A stretch of 64,000 nucleotides of DNA from Camelus ferus (lineage: Eukaryota), in the NCBI RefSeq assembly GCF_009834535.1, contig NC_045697.1, positions 64,978,001-65,042,000 on the forward strand, given 5' to 3'. The translations under genes and the position numbers were made by a program. Below the pieces are notes generated by a model. That model made no database searches, had not been told where the DNA came from, and saw only the letters and a list, made by a program, of their open reading frames with translations. Below are positions 27,301 through 40,148 of the stretch, in pieces (the first letter of the stretch is position 1; each line of letters opens with the position of its first letter).

Positions 27301-28064
27301 TGGTTTAGAAGTAAAAATCCTAAGGAAGTGAAAGGGAGAAGGGTAGATAATATTAAACTTGCTTGGTCTCTCCTGGTTGCTCCTGTTTACTTCTTATTTA
27401 TTCTTCAATAAATAACTTTTGTAAATGATGTGGTTATCAGATAATTCTTACTTAGTAACAACTTGATTCCACACATCTCTCATCCAAGGCAATATTAGGC
27501 CGTTATTTGAACTAAGGCTGAATTTTTAAACATTTTAAGTTCTAAGTAAGACTGTTTCCATGGGTAATTATCATGTAAAATTTACATGACCAATTTCACA
27601 TTTTAAAAAAGGTATGAGATTAAAAAAATCAAATTGGTTCTGTGTTGCTGGATGTCTCACAGACTTTAATAACTTTATGTGAAATGTTAATCTTTAAGAG
27701 TGCAAACCATAAGCAACAGTTTACAGAGTTGTATTTCTCTGAATTCTCCTTTTTTTCATATTATTTCTCAAGAGGAGCATTCCTTAGAAAATACTTTGAG
27801 AAGCATTGAACTTACTAAAGGATAACAGAAATGATTCCAAAGAAAGATAGCCAGTCAGGAATTAGTTTCTGAGTGTTTAAGAGTGTTTTAAGAGGCCAGA
27901 TATCTCTAAGTAGACTCAAGGCCAGTGTGCAATCAAGAGGGTTACTTTAAAGAAAGAAGAGAAGGTAGTTTGTCCTTTTATCAATGTAAGCCTTGCAATT
28001 ATAAACCACAGTGTATTAGGAGTTATAAATTTCATGTTTATTTTCTCTGAATCTGTCAACAAGG

Positions 28065-28175
28065 CACTAATTTTGCCATTTTACAGATGGTGAAAGTGGG
28101 GGTTAAAACATTTAAGCGACTAAATAAAGGCCATACAGATAGTAAGTGGCAAAGCTATGACTCTAATCTATGACT
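28065..28175 (-). mobile_element. MIR fragment
   Basis: ccattttacagatggtgaaagtggg ... aaggccatacagatagtaagtggcaaagc. Confidence 0.65.
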
Positions 28176-29339
28176 CTATGGGTAGGAAACGTGGATTTTT
28201 CCTGTCATACTTTTTCTGTGTACCTAAAGTATTTACACAGATGGTTAAGACATTGGAGCTGTATAAAATACAATTCAGTGACAGTAAAGAATGTAAGAAA
28301 ATACAACATAAAAACACAGCCTTTGATTCTGAAAACATTATTTGAGAAAGATAAAACATAAAGAATTAAAAGTAATTTCACTAAATGTAATCTAAACTAA
28401 GAAAGGTGTAGAGTCCTTGATTGCTATAAAAATTCTGAAGTTAGTGAAACATTAATAATAGGTAATTTGTAGAATTTGAAATATATTCTCACAGGGTAGG
28501 TTGAACATCAATAGAAGGACATTAATAATGGTAAAGTAGGAAGATTTTTAACCCATAAAAAGTAAAACAAAGTAGGCATGGAATGGAGTGGTTTCCCTAA
28601 TGCAGAGTCTGTGTGAAGGGAATACTGAGGAAGGTAACGATTAGGTGGAAAAATACCTTGGAGCAGGTTAAATCAATTTCTCTTTACCCTCTATGAATCA
28701 TGTAAGTTTGAATTCTTAAGAGAATGTCTGTTAACAGAGAAAAAAATGAGAAAACAAAAGAAATTATTTTTTGCTAATTGACACAATGATTAAAATTAGG
28801 AACTATGAATATTTCATTTAAGAGTTTTTAATAATATATGAAAAAACAACAGCAGTGTGGCTTTTCACATTGCTAAAGAATATAAACTTTGAGAGCACAA
28901 ATGTTTTCTCTTTTACTGTCAATCCATAGCTCCCACCACAGTGACTAGATCGTAATACTGCTTGGCTTATGGCTCTGAGAGGCAAATTTGGCCATGTGTA
29001 GTCACACATAGAAAAATTGGAACACAGATAGAAAGATAGGTCTGTTTGACTAGAAAATACATATTCTTTTTTTTTTTCATCAAGTGCATGCTTTGTATTT
29101 ATTAGAATTAATCATCTAAAAGTTTGGTAGAATGTACTGAGATAATAGTACAATAAACGTCTTACATCTGCATGAATTATGATTAATTTTAGTGTGGACA
29201 TCATCTGAATATGATAAATTTATTGTTTGGTGAAGGGTATGAGCCTGATAGTCCCTCTAAACATTTTATTTATTTACCTTTGAGAAGATTTTATGAGCCA
29301 AATTCTTGCATCTCCTCATGTCTAGAAAAGCTCTAAAAT

Positions 29340-29577
29340 CATCAACAGTGACATCTTCCCCTTGTGAGTAGCAGAAAGCCTCTGCCTAAATGTGTGCCTG
29401 ACTGCACGTACCCCCTTTCACAAAATCATGTATGTACTGAGTTCCCCCCTGCCTCTTTGGAGCAGCAGTTCCTCAGAGCTGTCTGAGATGCTGTCTCCTG
29501 GGCTATAGTCCTCATTTTGCCCCCCAATAAAACTTAACCCACAACTCTAACGTTGTGTGATTTTATTTCAGTCGACA
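29340..29577 (+). mobile_element. ERV1-class LTR, 3' half
   Basis: ctcagagctgtctgagatgctgtctcctgggctatagtcctcattttgcc, AATAAA at about 29526, terminal gtcgaca. Confidence 0.7.
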
Positions 29578-31954
29578 CCTTCCCATGAATACATCTACAA
29601 CAAATCCTTGGCCCACAAAAATCTTATATAAAAAGTATGTGTCTGTGTTCCTAGGATCAGGCATTGTCCACCCCAGTACTTCAAAGGCCAGCTTTTCTAC
29701 GATGACTTCAGGAACACATCAGTGACTCCCTCTAACATTGACAAATAAAAGTGAGAGGATACACTAGTGGCAGTAAAAACAGGGGCTCTGTCTATGATAG
29801 TGGCTAATACCTGATGCTATGGATAATACTAATAATAAGGACTTGTTGCTTTTGTTGATAATTCATGGAAAATGAGATAAAGAGAAACATCTCTGAAAGG
29901 TCAAAGCTAGAAAATCAAGGGTAGGCTGTGGGAACAGGAATTTTAGGAGTGTGATAGGAAGACTAAGAAAGACATAGAATGGAGACAGTTTTGTCTTCTT
30001 AGACATCAAGTAATCTTCCTTTTTTAAAAAATAGAACGCATAAGCTACTATTAAGTTCTCAAATTTGGTGAAAGTTATTAAAACATATTCTTTTGTGTAG
30101 AACATTTGATCTCTATTATACAAAAATGTTTAAGCCTCTATTATGAAGTAGCTATGATTTTCTTTTCTGGCATTTGTATGTTTATTTGTTTCTAGTAGTT
30201 CTTTTGCCAAGCATTCTCTAGTACCTGAGACTCTCTTTTCTACTAAAAGTCTTCCATTTTGTGTGCTCAGCCTCATAGCAAAGATTTTATATTCTGGAAA
30301 GAATAAGCTCGTTATTAACATACATTTCTGAAGAGGAACCTTTCATTTATTTATTCAATGACCTTCACTTAATCTTTGTAGCTGTTGCCCTTTAAGAGGA
30401 TACAAAACAATGTAGGTGCTCAATGATTGAAAAAAAGAATGAAGGAATTTATGTATGAATAGATGGATGTAAACAGTTTTAATTAAAGTGAATTTTATTT
30501 GTTTCATATTTCAAAACACTTAACGTTGGGTTTCATAGATTTCTGACCATTTTTCTTCCCTGTAAAACTTGAAAGTGTGCCATCAGGCCATTTATTCGGT
30601 CTGGATCTATATCTAGGTTGCCAAATTTGACAGTAAACTTTGGTGACAATGTCTAGAAATACTTCCCCAAGTTATCAGATTAACAAATATCTAGGAGTTC
30701 TTAAATATTCAGATTCCTGAACTTCATGACAGCTTACTTACCCTGAATCTCCAACTAAGTAACTTAGGAAACTGCAACCCCCCTCACATAATTGGTAATT
30801 TTGGTCAAAAACTGTATCTTAAATGAAGCTCACATTTATTATATTTGAACTGCTAAAATCAAAATAAGACTATCTGATTCTTGTTTCCACATCCTTTTTT
30901 ATTCTGCTATCAAAGTCACTGATAGTCAAATTTTACTAATTTTGAATTAAATTTATTCAGAATTTATAATGATGTTAATATATAATTTTGTGGACTAGAT
31001 TTGTAGATAGATAGAAACAATTATCCTTAATAGATTTAGCCAACTAAATTAATAGCTTCGGTTGGATTGGGTGAGAACATATAAAGAAAATGTTTAAGTT
31101 ATTTAAAAAAAAACACTTGATTTAAGTATTCTACCAGGACATTTGCACAGAATATGCTAATTATAAGTGTCTTATTTGTTCATTAAAGTAGGTTTGTCAG
31201 AACTAATGATTTAATATTTGTTTAATCATTTGTTTTAGTTTGGCTCTGAAGGAAATAAATTCACATTTGCTTATGAATACCGTACATTTCAGGCTTTTAA
31301 CTAATTAAGGATGATTACCTTCTCACCCCAACTAACTCCTAATTAATAGCCTTACATTATTTGTTCTTTTTTCCTTTCTTGTTTGTTTTTGGTAATAGGT
31401 AAACAACATGAACAAACATTGTTTTCCAAGATATGCTAGCCTATTGCTGGGCTCTACTTCAGTACATGTTGAAATAGGGAAAATTATTAAAAGAAAAAAC
31501 AAAACCAAGCCTGAATGAGCACCTACAGCAAGCCTGAGATTCTGATAAACACTTCATATGTTCTAATGTAATGCTGATAAGAGCATCTAGTTCCTTCTAA
31601 GAATAGCAAACTGAGGCTAGGAAAGATAAGCTCTTTTTCCAAGACCATGTAGGAGTTGGACAACTGGGATTTACATTGTTTGTCTAGTTCTAAAAATCCC
31701 TTCTCTTAATCCTATTTTAAAATATTTCTGTATTCTCAATAAACTGAATAGAGCTAAGCCCACATTTTCAATGTGTAATCTGTAAGACATAATTATGATT
31801 TTTATCAGTCAACATTTTACCATTTTTTTTATATTCCAAGTTACTAAATGTCTTCTAGACATTTTATACATTATTATTAATAATTCCTCTTATTTTAAAT
31901 ACTCTTTGGATAACTTAAGTATTAATAAATAAATAAAATAAACAAATATATATA

Positions 31955-32073
31955 GAGGGGAGGGCATAGCTCAGTGGTGGAGTGGCTGCTTAGCATGCCC
32001 AAGGTCCTGGGTTCAATCCACAGTACCTTCATTTAAAATAAACCAACAAACCTAACTACTCCCCCCCAAAACA
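31955..32073 (+). mobile_element. tRNA-derived SINE, camelid Vic-1-like
   Basis: ggggagggcatagctcagtgg (A box 31967-31977), ggttcaatcc (B box 32010-32019), AT-rich and C-run tail; likely TSD aaacaaata(t/a)atata at 31940-31954 and 32074-32088. Confidence 0.85.
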
Positions 32074-32397
32074 AAACAAATAAATATAAAACTTATGTAT
32101 TAATAAATAAGGCAAATAAAGAAGGTAAATAAAGTTTAAAACTTTAGTAATAACAAAACTTTATTTATCAACACACATTTTTCTTTCTTATTTAAAAAAA
32201 AAGTTTGTATCAACCGTAAGTTAACATATTTGCAGCATAGACTTGTTATGGGCAGACCCTGGGAGATATCTTCTGCTGAATTTTCTAAGAGATCCTTCAT
32301 AGATTTTCTTTTGAGTTGTATTCTTTATAATTTTATGGGTTTATACTCATTTAAAGTAGAACAAACATCTTTCTTCTTCCCAGATCTACAATCTCCT

Positions 32398-32618
32398 TCA
32401 CTTTAAAAAGGAAACAGTTACTGAATTTAAAGTAGTATGGATTGCAACAGTCCATTGTGTAGTTACGGAACATATCATGCAGCAGTCATCTGACTCTTCT
32501 TTCGGAGAATCATTTGAGACTCTTTCTCTGGAGGAGATGATTAAACTGTCGTTATCTCCTAGTGCCACGGAAGGGACATGAGTTCCAGTGCTATATTGCC
32601 TGACATTTAAACTCATAT
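32398..32618 (-). other. Candidate coding exon (DMSLNVRQYSTGTHVPSVALGDNDSLIISSRERVSNDSPKEESDDCC...), gene unidentified
   Basis: Pyrimidine tract plus AG at 32619-32655 on the minus strand, 72-codon ORF, four CpGs, non-repetitive; the opposite strand is also open (32384-32581). Confidence 0.3.
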
Positions 32619-33054
32619 CTTTAGATATTGAGAAAGAGGAGGGATAGGGGAGAGAGCCAGCTTCAAAATTCTATTACTGTATAGGAGAGTTTTGGGACTT
32701 TTGCCCATACTTAAGTTTAACTTGCATTTTATGTAATAGGGGAAAAAAAAAAAAACAACAGAGCACATAAAATGAAGATCATCATTTTATGTCTGCTTCT
32801 TTACATCACTGTAAAAAGAAAGCAGTGGAATTTTACTCAAAGAATCCAAGTTTTGTGAATGACTTTTCAGAAAATGAGTGTATGCTTCATGGAAAACCAA
32901 AGGGATGTACTCCTAATTACTAATGGCTGGTCTGAGAGATACAAAATGACAGTGGGATTGAAAAGATAATGTACGACTCAAGAAAAATGCGGAATTAAGT
33001 GCTAGGAGGCCTAGTTCCAGTACAAAGTTAAGCACTTTTTTTTTCTATAAGTCA

Positions 33055-33265
33055 GGAAAGTCTGTATTCAAATGCTAGCTTCACTGTTTACTAGCTTCAT
33101 GACCTTGGGCAAGTTAACTTGCACAAGACTTATTTTCCTTATCTGTAAAATGAACATAACAGCTGTCACCTACATGTTAACATTGATGTCACAATTAATG
33201 ATATGGTGCATAAAAATAACATTGGACATGATTGGTGTATAATAAGGATGCAATAAATATTCATA
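33055..33265 (+). mobile_element. MIR SINE
   Basis: tactagcttcatgaccttgggcaagttaac ... ttttccttatctgtaaaatgaacataa. Confidence 0.8.
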
Positions 33266-33361
33266 TGGCTATTAATTCTATATATTGTATGTATTTAAAA
33301 GGATTAAAAATAGTTAAGTATTTAAAGAATAAAAATATAAGCTTAAGTTGTTTATGGCATA

Positions 33362-33495
33362 TATTGTGGTGATGGTTTCACCAGAGTTTACTTATCTCCA
33401 AACTCATCAAGATACATATTAAATTATAGAGCTTTTTCATGTCAATCATACCTTAATAAAGTGATTCAATATTTTTAATAAAATAAATAAAAATA
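33362..33495 (+). mobile_element. L1MB-type 3' end
   Basis: ttgtggtgatggtttcac ... aaactcatcaag ... tgtcaatcataccttaataaag, then an A-rich tail. Confidence 0.7.
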
Positions 33496-33874
33496 CAGGC
33501 TCAAGGAAAAAAAAAAAAAACCAGGGAACTATGAGTATTAAAAAAGGACTTAGTCCTGGAAGTTGGCTACTTTTTTCTTCTTGAATTCAAGTGGACAGAA
33601 CAATGAAGTAACTTTGTCAGTTATAGTTTTCACAGTGTCCATTAGAAGAAAACAGCCAAATTAGTTAGAAAATAGAGAGATTTCAACTGATTTTAAAAGG
33701 GACATTGAAATATGCAGTGGATGTTAGCAAAATCTCTAGAATAAATTTAATAAGGATGTTCAACAGTTGTTTCTTAAAGCATACTTTGATGCAAGCTAGA
33801 AGCATAAAGATAATTAAGTACAGCAAGAACAATTCTAAGAAGGGCCACAGCAATACAGGCTAACTATTCATAGT

Positions 33875-34232
33875 TCTTTTTTTCTTTCCAGTTTTACTGA
33901 AGTATAATTTACAAATTAAATTATAATATATTTAAAGCACACAGTGTAATGATTTGATACACACATACATAGTGAAGGAATTCCCACAGTCAAATTAATT
34001 AACACATCCATAACCTCACATAGTCTGTTTTTTTTTAACTTTTTCCTGAGAACAATTAAGATCTACTTTCTTAGCAAATTTCAATTATACAATATAGTAT
34101 CATCAACCATAGTCACCATGCTATACTTTAGATCCTCAGAATTTATTCATTTTATAACTTGAATGTCTGTGCCCTTTTCCCAACCTCTCCCAATCTCCCT
34201 CCTCTTCCCTTCTGCCCCTGGCAACCATCATT
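33875..34232 (-). mobile_element. L1MA9-like 3' end
   Basis: T-tail; aagatctactttcttagcaaatttcaa; catagtcaccatgctatac; gcccctggcaaccatcatt. Confidence 0.8.
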
Positions 34233-34534
34233 CATCTTTATGTTTAAATTGACTTTCTGTCTACAATTCTATTTCTCAGCTCTGTAAGCATATTAATGCT
34301 TATTTTTAAAAAATGGGAAGGGCATAATATGAAGTGTCAGAAAGGAATAGTTTTAGGTACCAGTTTGTTGCTTAGTCTGTTGGTACTGTGGTGACACGCT
34401 ACTACAGGGCACTTTACCTCTTAGACACTTACTCCAATTACTTCCAGGTGATTGATAATTGCTGCTGAGCAAAAAACAGCACATGTTAACTTCTGAAGGA
34501 GCAGCCATCACGAAATGGAAAACCTGTGCTTTTA

Positions 34535-36229
34535 TTTATTTTTTTCACATTTTTAAAAGTAGAGTATAGTTGCTGTATAATTTTGTAAGTTACAGGTGTA
34601 TGACAGAGTGATTCACAATTTTAAAGGTTATACTCCAGTTGTAGTTATTATAAAATATTGACTATATTTCTTGTTTTGTACAATATATCTTTGTATTTTA
34701 TAGCTAATAGTCTGTACCTCTTACTCCCCAACCCCTTTATAAAAACCTCTCCCTGCTTCCCTCCCCCAACTGGTAACCACTTGTTTGTTCTCTATATCTT
34801 AAAGTCTGCTTCTTTTTTGTTATATTCACTAGTTTGTTGTATTTTTTTAGATTTCACATATAAGTGATACCATAAAGTATTTTTCTTTCTTGGTCTGACT
34901 TATTTGACTTAGTATAATGCCCTCCAAGTCCATCTGAGTTTCTGCAAATGGTAAAATTTCATTCTTTTTTTGTCTGAGTAGTATTCCATTATGTGTATAT
35001 ACCACATATTCTTTGTCCATTACATCTGTATGGACACTTTGGTTGCTTCCGTATGTTGGCAATTGTAAATTGCACTGCTATGAACAGTGGGGTGCATGCA
35101 TGTATCTTTTTGAACTAGTGTTTTTTATTTTTAGGGATATATTCCTAGGAGTGGAATTTCTAGGTCATTTGGTACTTCTAATTTTAGTTCTTTTGGAAAC
35201 ATCCATACTTTTTTCCACCATGGCTGTACTGATTTACATTCCTACCAACAGTGTACTAGGATTTCCTTTTCTCCACATCCTCACTTTTGTTTTTTGTGTT
35301 CTTTTGATGATACCCATTCTGACAGATGTGAGGTGATATCTTACTGTAGTTTTGATTTACATTTCTGTGATGATTAGCAATGTTGAACATCTTTTCATGT
35401 GCCTGTTGTCCATCTGCATTTCCTCTTTGGTAAAATGTGTATTTGGTTCTTTTGCCCATTTTTTAATCAGGTTATTTTTTCAACATTGAGTTTTATGAGC
35501 TGTTTATGTATTTTGAATATTAACCTCTTATTAGTCATATCATTTGCAAATATTTTCTTCCATTCAGTAGGTTGTTTTTTCATTTTGTCAGTGATTTCCT
35601 TTGCTGTGCAAAGCTTCTAAGTTGAGTTAGGTCCCATTTGTTTATTTTTGCTTTTATTTCCTTTGTTTTAGGAGAGGGATTCAAGAAAATCTTGCTGTGA
35701 TTTATGTCAAAGAGTGTTCTACCTATGTTTTTTCTCTAGGAGTATTAGAGTATCTGGTCTTACATTTAGGTCTTTAATCCATTTTGAGTTATTATTTATA
35801 TAGTTTTAGATGATGTAATTTCATTCTTTTACATGTAGCTGTCCAGTTTTCCCAGCACCACTTGTTGAAGAGACTATCTTGTCTCCATTGTATATTCTCG
35901 CCTCCTTTGTCATTGATTAATTGACCTTAAGGGTGTGAGCTTGCTTCTGGGCTCTCTAGTCTGTTCCATTGATCCATGTGTCTTTTTTTTTTTGATGCTA
36001 GTACCATAGTGTTTTGATGAGTGTAGTAGCTTTTTAGTATAGCCTAAAGTCAGGGAATGTGATATTTCCACCTCTGTTCTTCTTTCTCAAGATTGTTTTG
36101 GCTATTTGGGATCTCTTGTGTTTTCATAGAAATTTTAAAATTATTTGTTCTAGGTGTGGAAAAATGCCATTGGCATTTTGATAGGGAATGTATTGAATCT
36201 GTAGATTGCCTTGGGTAGTATGGTCATTT
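34535..36229 (-). mobile_element. LINE-1 3' part (ORF2 C-terminus plus 3'UTR), non-inverted segment of a 5'-inverted L1
   Basis: Poly(T) tail at left; ORF2-like remnant KKNEILPFAETQMDLEGIILSQISQ; frameshifted. Confidence 0.95.
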
Positions 36230-36854
36230 ATGATTAAGAACTCCAGAAAGTGGGCATAGTGGGAACATACCTCAACATAATAAAGGACATATGTGACAAA
36301 CCCACAGCTAACATCATACTCAACAGTGAAAAGCTGAAAGCATTTCCTCTAAGATCAGGAGCAAGACAAGGATGCCCACTGTCACCAGTTTTATTTAACA
36401 TAGTTTTGGAAGTCATAGCCACAGCAATCAGAAAAGAAAAAGAAATATAAAAGAATTCTAATTGGAAAAGAAGAAATAAAATTGTCACTCTTTACAGATG
36501 AAATGATACTATACATAGAAAATCCTAAACACACCACCAGAAAACTACTAGAGCTCATCAGTGAATTCAGTAAAGTTGCAGGATACAAAATTAATATATA
36601 GAAATTTGTTGCACTTCTATACACTAACAACAAAGTATTGGAAAAAGAAATTAAGGTAAAAATCCCATTTACCATTACATCAAAAAGAATAGAATTCCTA
36701 AAAATAAACCTACCTAAGGAAGTAAAAGACCTGTACTTGGGACACTAGAAAACACTGATGAAATAAATTGGAGACTACACAAACAGATGGAAATATATAC
36801 CATGTTCTTGGATTGGAAGAATCAATATTGTTAAAATGACTGTACTATCCAAGG
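36225..36854 (+). mobile_element. LINE-1 ORF2 reverse-transcriptase fragment, inverted segment
   Basis: [51 protein letters not shown]; catalytic FADD motif reads FTDE at 36491-36502; stops and frameshifts present. Confidence 0.95.
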
Positions 36855-37394
36855 AAAAGCAGTGATTTTAAAAGAGTGTTTTATAGATATCTGTTGAATT
36901 CGGATAGATTGTGTCAAAGTATTCAGGGCCAAAAATATATTTTTGTAGCATTAATTTGAAAGTATCAGTTATGGTAGTGTAATATCTTGTTAAAATTGGT
37001 TAAGAAAACATTTTTCCTTTTTAAAGGATTTCCCTCATAACTTTATATCGCTATTTTAAAAACAAATATTAGTACCTGGCACAAAGCTATTGCCATTCCA
37101 GTGAATATTATCAATATTTCCTTCAGAAATATATGAGGTTGTGTAAGGTTTTTGTGTTTTGTTTTGCTTTGTGAGAGGAATTTAATTTAATGTCTCTGGC
37201 AAAGACAGAGTAAAGCCAATTTTTTTTGCACCAAAAACATTTTAGATGCTTCTATTTTCATTTGGTTTTGTATTTATTTAGATCTTAAATATTGTCAACA
37301 TTGGGCTTTAGAAAAATAGAGCGTTGTCTGTAGGTTATCTCTACGTTCTGGCATAAAGATGTCATTTCTATGAGATGGAAGATTGAGGGAATGA

Positions 37395-37560
37395 GTAGTT
37401 TTAATCATTTAATCAGGAAATACACAAACGTCTTTTAAGAGCCAAACACTGTATTACTGGGGATATGGTAAAGAATAAAACAGACTCTGTTCATACCCTG
37501 AACAAGAAGGTTGCATCAGAGAAGAAAGACATTAAGCAAATGATTTCCATTAACTAAATA
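37395..37560 (-). mobile_element. L2 3' fragment
   Basis: actggggatatggtaaagaataaaacagactctgttcataccct. Confidence 0.55.
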
Positions 37561-38427
37561 TATTTAAATAACTAAGTATTTCAGATATACAAGTGACTTT
37601 AGAGAACTACTTGGTTAAAGACAGGTTAGAGAGTACAGTTATGTCTCTGTGTGCTTTCTGGCACTACATTTTATCTTAATTAGGCATACAGTTCCTGCTG
37701 AGGTCTGTGTGGCTTTAGTGATGGGATGGAGAAAACAGGGTAAGAGGGCATGGAAGGACATGCGTAGAATGTTCTGGGAATGCGATATGGTAAAACATAG
37801 CACTTAGGCATATATTAAATAAATATATTCCCATATGCCCTGTCACTTTGTGTTAAAAATATATAGTGAAACCACTTCTCTCAATTTACTTAGCATGGCT
37901 TGAGAATCTACCGAGTACCATAAACTCTGTAATACAGCAAAGACTTTAAGACTCTACCTTTCTTAGAACTTGCTTTAATAGAGAGACCAAGGAATCACAT
38001 AATTATAATATATTAATATGAAAATGGAGTGGTCAATGACAACTATAATTGTCAAGAGAAAGAACAGTGGTTGAAAATAATAAAATATTTATAAAAGAGG
38101 TGGCTCAAAGGATAAAATTTAACAAGTGAAGATGGAATTAAGGGTAAAGAGAGTATCTCAAAGTATAAAAACAAACATAGGAAGATGAGACAAAATCTAA
38201 ACTTTCTAAGGATAGAGTAATAATGTTTGCAGGCTACATGAAAGATTCAATGGATTGGGAAAATAAAGTAGGATGAACAAAAAATACATAGTGAAAGATA
38301 AATGGACCTGTGGGAAGCATTATAAACAGGGATAGCTGAAGATGCCTAGAGAAATAGGCTTGGAACTACATATGTGTTTACTACAGAGGAAATTGCTTGT
38401 TCAGGAAATTCAGCAGGCAATGCTTAG

Positions 38428-38625
38428 AGTGCTATTTCTCAAACGTGACTGTACATTAATTAGTTTTACCCACTGCCTCCTGCATCAGAATTGTATGAGA
38501 TCCTATTGACAAGGCAGATTTCAAGGGCTACCTTCAGACATAGAAAAATTTCTAAAGTGAGACCATTTCTCCACCCTCAACCTCCAAATAATTCTGAAGC
38601 TTACTAAATTTCGAGAATAATTAGA
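38428..38625. mobile_element. MER5-like hAT MITE
   Basis: tttctcaaacgtgactgtacatta ... gcatcagaat ... aggcagatttc ... aaatttcgagaa. Confidence 0.5.
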
Positions 38626-40148
38626 TGAAAGGCTATGGCAATTTCCTTTCAGTACATTTCCTATAATTTGCCTAAATCAGTTATGCATTCATATACATCT
38701 TAAGAAAAAAAGAAATGATATTGAGTGTACATATTCTTGTACAACTTGAAGAAAGTTTCTATATAACTTGTTGCTCAACCTGATTTTTTGAAATGACTAC
38801 ATTGTTTTCTATAAAAGAGCTATTCCATTAATAATTTAATCACTCCTCCATTCATAAGCATTGACATTTCTTTGGCTAATTTGTGTTATTGCAAACAGTG
38901 TTGCAGTGGATATTCTTAAGCACAATTCTTTGGAATAGGTGCATGTATTTCTGTAGAGGTTGAAGTTTTTTGATCAGTTGAAGAATTATTAAATTGTGGT
39001 AGTTGTATTTCATTTTATTACCAAAATGGTCATTATTTTATTACTGACTCTTTATAACCATATTGCTACTAAGGTCACATAACCCAGTTTCAAAATATAA
39101 ACAGCGTTTGCTAAAAATGTTTTTCAAAATAGAAAATTAGAAATAAAACCTTATGTTTGAGTCTTGAGTATCAGGGAATAAACTGAAAACTAACATTAAA
39201 ATAACAAGGTAAATGATAGCCATTGATACGTGTTGGTGATGATTCCAAATTCAAACAGAATGCATTAAGAGTATAAATAAAGAGCATAACAGTAACTATG
39301 TATTCCAGAGCTTAGCATTCTGAAGGATAGTGTTACCATCAAAATCTAGGAAGAGTTAATAACACTATGGAACTATGTAATATCTTTCCTTTTCGACTGG
39401 GATTTGTACCCACAAAAAACTGTCTGTTCCTATGTGAGGACAAGATTCTATACAGATTTAAAAAAACGGTTCTGATTCAATCTGCTGCATGGAGTCTATA
39501 ACCCTTTTATAGAAGTTAGGATTTAGAATTTAACATCAGGGATCCTAGCTTTTGCTGTCTAGAGGTTGCTCAGGCTAAATTAATAAATCCAAGTAGTTTA
39601 AAATTTAAGTCAAATATAGCCCACCTTTAGAATTTCTATGATAGGTAATAAATTGAGAGAACATAAAACAATTCACATTAGACTAGCAATTTACTTCCTT
39701 TAAAAATGATAAGTAAATAAAAAAAGGCACTTTACGTAAAATTTTTTAAAATTTCACAATTAAAATAATAAACAATTCAGCTAAAGCAGATCAGGTTTGA
39801 CAAATGAGTCACTTTATTTTACTTTAAAGCACAAATTCGCAAAAGATTTTCTAAACACTGCCTTGTGATTTATGTGTAGTAAAAAAAAGAACTCTGTAGC
39901 CCAAAGTGGCTTTCCTCATCTTGACTGTTTACTGGAAAGTATAGATATTATTTCTTTATAATGTGTATATATGGGCTTATAATACCCAAATCCTACTCCT
40001 GGATACAGTTCCTCTTCCTACTTAATGTCATCATCTTTCACTTGTTGCCAACATAACAGCAATCTCAGTATATTGTATCCAGCTATCCCTTTAGACAATT
40101 CTTTGAGAAGAGTATCACAAGGCTGAATTTGACTTCAGGAGCCTTACA

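Noticed and set aside
31955..32030. tRNA gene
   Set aside because: A and B boxes are present, but the stems are degenerate and it carries a SINE-type tail and TSD.
36250..36850. Functional reverse transcriptase gene
   Set aside because: Short L1 ORF2 fragment with stops and frameshifts; FADD is changed to FTDE.
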